DNA of 64,000 nucleotides. Origin: an uncultured bacterium. GTDB lineage: Bacteria; Armatimonadota; Abditibacteriia; Abditibacteriales; Abditibacteriaceae. A program made the position numbers and the translations under genes. The number at the start of each line of letters is the position of its first letter. Position 1 is the first letter of the stretch. The notes beneath the pieces were generated by a model. The model saw nothing but the letters and a program-made list of their open reading frames with translations. It did no database searches and had not been told where the DNA came from. Where the stretch lies: assembly GCA_963843795.1 (NCBI GenBank), contig CAWJLW010000006.1, positions 2,864,375-2,928,374 of the forward strand, written 5' to 3'. Positions 59,891 through 64,000 of the stretch are shown piece after piece.

Positions 59891-62800
59891 ATGCAGCGAC
59901 AATGGCAGATTCGGCTTTTCGGAGGGTTGAGCGCGTCCGATGGCACGCGCGAGCTTCATAAATTCCGCACGCAAAAAACTGCGTCGCTGCTAGCGTATCT
60001 GGCGTATCATAGGCGCGACCACGCGCGTGAATGGCTAATGGCGCAGTTCTGGCCGGCGTGCGACACGGCCTCGGCGCGCCACAATTTGCGTATGGCGCTT
60101 TCAGCGTTGCGTCACCAGTTGGAAAGCGAGGGCTGGCCGCCCGGTTCGGTATTGAAATGCGACCGCACGCGCATCGGTTTCGCTGCCGACGCCGTAACCA
60201 GCGATGTTGCGGAGTTTACGGCCGCTTTTGACCACGCGCGCCAACATTCTCAAAGCCAGCAGGAAAACGCGGTGGCGCACTGGACAGCCGTCGTCGATGC
60301 TTATGGCGGAGCTTTGCTCGAAGGTTTTTACGACGATTGGGTCGCGCCCGAACAGCGACGTCTCGAAGAACTTTTTTTTCAGGCGCTGCACGAAGCTGTA
60401 CGGCAACTGGAACGCGCGGGCGATTTCGAACGCGCTTTGCAATACGCGGCGCGCGGCCCGATTATCGATCCGCTGCGCGAAACCGCCCAGCGCGACTTGA
60501 TGCGTTTATATGCGCGGCATCAACCAGCGCTGGCCCTGCGCCAATATCACGAATACGAACTTCTCTTGCGCCATCAACTCGGCGGGCGACCCGAAGCGCA
60601 GACCACAGCCATGGCCGCGCAAATTCAGAACAACGCCAGCTCTCATCATTTTTCAATTACCGCGAAACAGTTCGTCATCGAAGGCGAAAATTCTACTGCA
60701 AGTACTTGCAGCGCGCCGGATGCGGCCATGGCTGGGGAACCGCTGTTTCATGCGCCTTCGGTGTTTCACGCGCCTTCGGTATTTCATGCGCCCTTGCCTT
60801 GCACGCAATTTTTTGGACGCGAAGCAGAAATGGCGCGCTTGCAGGTTTTATTGTGCGATCCGCACACGCGGCTGGTGAGTTTGACCGGGCCGGGAGGCAG
60901 CGGCAAAACGCGGCTGGCACAGGAAGCCGTCTCGCTGGTAGCCGCGCAGTGGGCGGGCGGCGCGTGGCTGGTAGAGTTGGCCGATTTGTCGGATGCGAGT
61001 TTGTTAGTGAGTGCACTGCTGGCGAGCTTGCAATTGCGACCCGCTCCCGATCTCGATTCTTTTGAGGAACTGGTGAATTTTCTCCAACGCCAGCCGGTTT
61101 TGCTGCTGCTCGATTCGTTTGAACATCTGATGGAAGAAGGCGCACCCATTGTAGCGCAACTATTGGCGCGCGTGGCCCATTTGAAATGTCTGGTCACCTC
61201 TCAGCAAACACTTCATCTGGCGGGCGAGCGCGTTTTTTTGGTGCCGCCGCTGGATTTGCCCGCTGAATCGTCAACTTGGTCGGACGCGGCCAGCGTGCGT
61301 CTTTTTGTGGATCGAGCGCAAGCCGTGCAGCCCCATTTCGCCATCACAGCAGCCAACGCGCCGCTCGTAGCGCAGTTGTGCGAGCGCTTAGAAGGGCTGC
61401 CTTTGGCCATCGAATTGGCCGCCGCGCGTTGCGGTGCGCTTTCGGTCACGCAGATGCTGGAGCATTTGGATCATCGCTTCGATTTTCTAGTCAGCCGACA
61501 GCGCGGCGTGAATTCACGCCACCGCACTTTGCTGACTGCCATCGACTGGAGCTATCAATTGTTGTCGCCTGCGCGGCAAAGTTTTTTCGCGCGCCTGTCA
61601 ATTTTTCGCGGTGGCTGCACGCTCGAAGCCGCGCAAACCATCGCGGGCGACTGCGAAACTTTGGCCGCGCTGGAAACATTGTGCGAATCTTCGCTGCTGG
61701 TGGCGCGCGAACACAGCGGAGCGATGCGTTTTCATTTGCTGGACAGCTTGCGCGAATTTGGCGGGCAAGTACTTGCAGACGACGAGCGCGCCATTTTGCA
61801 ACATCGTCACGCCGAATTTTTCACCGCACTGGCCGAAGCCGCCGCGCCGCAATTAGCGCGCTCGCACGCGGGCGATTGGCCGGAGCGTTTGGCCGCCGAA
61901 CAGGATAATTTGCGGGCGGCGCTGGAATGGAGTTTGGCGCACAATGCGGAACTGGCGTTGCGCATGGCTAGCGCACTGACCGTTTTCTGGGAGCGGCGTT
62001 GCCAGATCGCCGAAGCGCAAAGCTGGCTCGAGCGCGCGCGCCCATTGCCCGGGCCGGACGATTTGCGAGCGCACGTTTTACACGCCAGTGGGCGCATCGC
62101 GTTCGTGCAAAGCGATGCGACGGCAACCGAGATGCTCCAAACGGCACTGCAACTTTTTCAGGCTACCGCGCAACGTGCGGAGGAAAATCGTGCCGCCATC
62201 GCTTCATCGCTTTCGATGTTGGGTGTTATCGTATTGAATCGAGGCCATTTCAAAGATGCAGCGAGGTTTTTCGATCAACAATTAGCGGTCTGGCAGGTCA
62301 GCGCAATTGAAGAGATTTCATCGCCAACCGAGGAGCAACAACACGGCATTGCCGCAGCGCTGGCGCAGCGCGGCAATTTGGCAGTCGCGCAGTGCGATTT
62401 TGTCGCGGCTTTGCCAATTTTGCAGCAGGCAGCGACTCATTTTCGCGTTTTGCAAGACGATAACGGTTTGGCCTACGTTTTGGACGCGCTGGGCCAGATG
62501 GCTTTGTTGCAAGGCGACCGCGAAAAAGCGCGCGCCCTGCTCGACCAGAGTTTGAAATTGTATCACGATGCAGAAGAAACGCTGTGGAGCATTCGCGCGC
62601 TCTGGGGACGCGGCCATCTGGCACGCGACGAAGGCGATTTCGGCGCCGCACTGGGCTTTTACCGCGCAGGCATTAACACCGCTTGTCGCAACCGCAATCG
62701 CATCAGCGTTCCGTATTTGCTCGAAGCCATTGGCGCGCTTGAAGTCGGGCGCGGCGATGCAGCGCGCGGCGCAATTTTACTGGGCGCAGCGCAAGCCCTA

Positions 62801-62986
62801 CGCGATGAACTCGGCATGATCGTAATGCCGATATGGAAAGGCGATTATCAGCGCGCTTTATCCAGCGCACGCCAAATTCTGGGCGCAGCAGCTTTTGAAC
62901 ACCACTGGTCGCAAGGCTTTTTCTGCGACTGGGAATATGCCGCCGCCCATGCGCTGAATGGAACTTCTTTTTTTAATTCAAGCTGA
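59891..62986 (+). CDS. SARP/AfsR-like regulator: BTAD + NB-ARC ATPase + TPR
   Basis: IRLFGGL, LLAYLA, DPLRETA, LTGPGGSGKTRLA, LLLLDSFEH, EGLPLAIELAA, C-terminal TPRs. Confidence 0.92.
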   Translation: MQRQWQIRLFGGLSASDGTRELHKFRTQKTASLLAYLAYHRRDHAREWLMAQFWPACDTASARHNLRMALSALRHQLESEGWPPGSVLKCDRTRIGFAADAVTSDVAEFTAAFDHARQHSQSQQENAVAHWTAVVDAYGGALLEGFYDDWVAPEQRRLEELFFQALHEAVRQLERAGDFERALQYAARGPIIDPLRETAQRDLMRLYARHQPALALRQYHEYELLLRHQLGGRPEAQTTAMAAQIQNNASSHHFSITAKQFVIEGENSTASTCSAPDAAMAGEPLFHAPSVFHAPSVFHAPLPCTQFFGREAEMARLQVLLCDPHTRLVSLTGPGGSGKTRLAQEAVSLVAAQWAGGAWLVELADLSDASLLVSALLASLQLRPAPDLDSFEELVNFLQRQPVLLLLDSFEHLMEEGAPIVAQLLARVAHLKCLVTSQQTLHLAGERVFLVPPLDLPAESSTWSDAASVRLFVDRAQAVQPHFAITAANAPLVAQLCERLEGLPLAIELAAARCGALSVTQMLEHLDHRFDFLVSRQRGVNSRHRTLLTAIDWSYQLLSPARQSFFARLSIFRGGCTLEAAQTIAGDCETLAALETLCESSLLVAREHSGAMRFHLLDSLREFGGQVLADDERAILQHRHAEFFTALAEAAAPQLARSHAGDWPERLAAEQDNLRAALEWSLAHNAELALRMASALTVFWERRCQIAEAQSWLERARPLPGPDDLRAHVLHASGRIAFVQSDATATEMLQTALQLFQATAQRAEENRAAIASSLSMLGVIVLNRGHFKDAARFFDQQLAVWQVSAIEEISSPTEEQQHGIAAALAQRGNLAVAQCDFVAALPILQQAATHFRVLQDDNGLAYVLDALGQMALLQGDREKARALLDQSLKLYHDAEETLWSIRALWGRGHLARDEGDFGAALGFYRAGINTACRNRNRISVPYLLEAIGALEVGRGDAARGAILLGAAQALRDELGMIVMPIWKGDYQRALSSARQILGAAAFEHHWSQGFFCDWEYAAAHALNGTSFFNSS
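60746..60793 (+). repeat. In-frame 18-bp tandem repeat (FHAPSV x2.7)
   Basis: TTTCATGCGCCTTCGGTG TTTCACGCGCCTTCGGTA TTTCATGCGCCC. Confidence 0.9.
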
Positions 62987-63033
62987 TTTCCTACTTCGCC
63001 CACTTTTCTATCTCGCCCGCTTTCTCGCTGTCG

Positions 63034-63064
63034 CCGTCCATCTCAATTGATGGGCGGTTTTTTT
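63034..63064 (+). terminator. Intrinsic terminator
   Basis: CCGTCCATC-TCAATT-GATGGGCGG followed by T7. Confidence 0.8.
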
Positions 63065-63184
63065 AGCGGAAACTTTTCGCACATCACGATTTTGTGACGT
63101 TTCTGAGACGCACGGCTTTTAAGATGAAAAGCCGTGCTGCAAGTACTTGCAGCACCCCAAATCTACGTTTCGCTGGAGAACACG

Positions 63185-64000
63185 ATGAAAATCTCATGGA
63201 AAATTCTTCTGTGCGCCCTTATTATTGCGGGCACTGGCGCCTCCGCACGCGCGCAAGGCAACGTGCCGTTTCCCGGCGACACCACGCTAATGACGCGCGA
63301 TTTCGACCCGGCTCATCCCGGCCAAAGCCTGTTCAAGCCGGTTTTCAACGATCCCACTTTGCTGCGTCAGGTCGTCAACAGCGCATGGCAAGCGGGGCGC
63401 TCTTCGATTGCCGACAACATTAAAAACGATATGGGAGTAGGAAATTCGCTTGGCCCGGGCCTCACGCCGTATAACATCGCTGTCGAAATGGGACAACCGG
63501 GCGAACTCAGCGCCACGCCAGGCCATTACGCCGCCGGTTCGACGCTCGACATGATTTATGTAGTGAAAGGCAACTGGGTCGAATTTACTACCACGCAGCC
63601 AACTGCACTGGGCAAATGGGCCGACCCACGTTTTTCCTGCACCTACGATTTGACGCTGACGATTTCGATGTCGTTGGGCGATACGCCCGGCCCGCTGCAC
63701 ATGAAATCGGTGAAAGCTCAAGTCTCGAATGCCAAAATCGACTCGCATGGTTTGATTGCCGATTTGGTTTTCATCGCCAACGGCGTAGCGAAATTCTTCG
63801 GCACCAATTTCATCGCCAAAGCCGAGAACGCGCTTCAAGGCAAGAAATTCGATTTCACCGATAAAATGAACCAAAATTTAGTGCCTTTTAATGCTCTGCT
63901 GGCGAATTTCGTCGGTCAGGGTTATTCGCTGGCCGATGCGCTGCTCAACACGGCGCAGGCCCTGCCCGCCGGATTAGGCATCCGCTCGCTGCCGGGTGCG
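63185..64000 (+). CDS. Secreted hypothetical protein, runs off window
   Basis: GGAG RBS, signal peptide MKISWKILLCALIIAGTGASARAQ; frame open to the window end. Confidence 0.75.
   Translation, partial: MKISWKILLCALIIAGTGASARAQGNVPFPGDTTLMTRDFDPAHPGQSLFKPVFNDPTLLRQVVNSAWQAGRSSIADNIKNDMGVGNSLGPGLTPYNIAVEMGQPGELSATPGHYAAGSTLDMIYVVKGNWVEFTTTQPTALGKWADPRFSCTYDLTLTISMSLGDTPGPLHMKSVKAQVSNAKIDSHGLIADLVFIANGVAKFFGTNFIAKAENALQGKKFDFTDKMNQNLVPFNALLANFVGQGYSLADALLNTAQALPAGLGIRSLPGA

Larger units (their letters stand above)
93..63150. repeat. Dispersed highly iterated palindrome GCAAGTACTTGC (49 exact copies counted by eye)
   Basis: Starts at 93, 1702, 3090, 3579, 5768, 6165, 8469, 9309, 11218, 12608, 12692, 13235, 14384, 15792, 16912, 19045, 21911, 22649, 25565, 25947, 27170, 28038, 28271, 28489, 29758, 31970, 32933, 33953, 36011, 36041, 37307, 37319, 38497, 38780, 41288, 43075, 44472, 46519, 48966, 50711, 52973, 53250, 55024, 56713, 58659, 59819, 60698, 61765, 63139. 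Confidence 0.97.

Noticed and set aside
93..63150. Palindrome copies as a CRISPR array
   Set aside because: Spacing is irregular (0 bp to about 3 kb), many copies are inside genes, there are no constant-length spacers and no cas genes.
93..63150. Palindrome as an ordinary transcription-factor operator
   Set aside because: Too dense, and found in CDS interiors and at convergent 3' ends regardless of gene function.

Overview
A 64-kb bacterial chromosomal segment of about 55% GC. The gene styles suggest an Armatimonadota/Abditibacteriota-like organism, which is inference only. It holds about 55 genes: a rex-led haem/cytochrome c biogenesis operon (rex, polyprenyl synthase, ccmABCD, sirC/cysG-N, hemA, ccsA-like, hemC), a DUF1800/DUF1501 pair, msrA, a PD-(D/E)XK nuclease-RAMA fusion, glycosyltransferases, a prepilin-like operon, a partial urease cluster (ureA-ureF-ureG-ureD), pstS-pstS-pstCAB-phoU, rsmG, fabF- and fabG-like genes, recJ, a peroxiredoxin-like gene and a BTAD-NB-ARC-TPR regulator. 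I saw no rRNA, tRNA, CRISPR array, integrase or transposase. The outstanding unexplained signal is a highly iterated palindrome, (T)GCAAGTACTTGC(A). I count 49 exact copies of the 12-mer by eye (about 1 per 1.3 kb, against about 0.004 expected for equal base frequencies), plus about a dozen near-copies. About 32 lie at gene junctions, often extended into perfect 24-44 bp palindromes with locus-specific arms. The other 17 lie inside CDSs in all three frames (QVLA/KYL/ASTC), apparently by substitution rather than insertion. This looks like a HIP1/DUS-type genome-wide signal whose sequence I do not recognise. Several genes are split by apparent single-base insertions, probably assembly errors.
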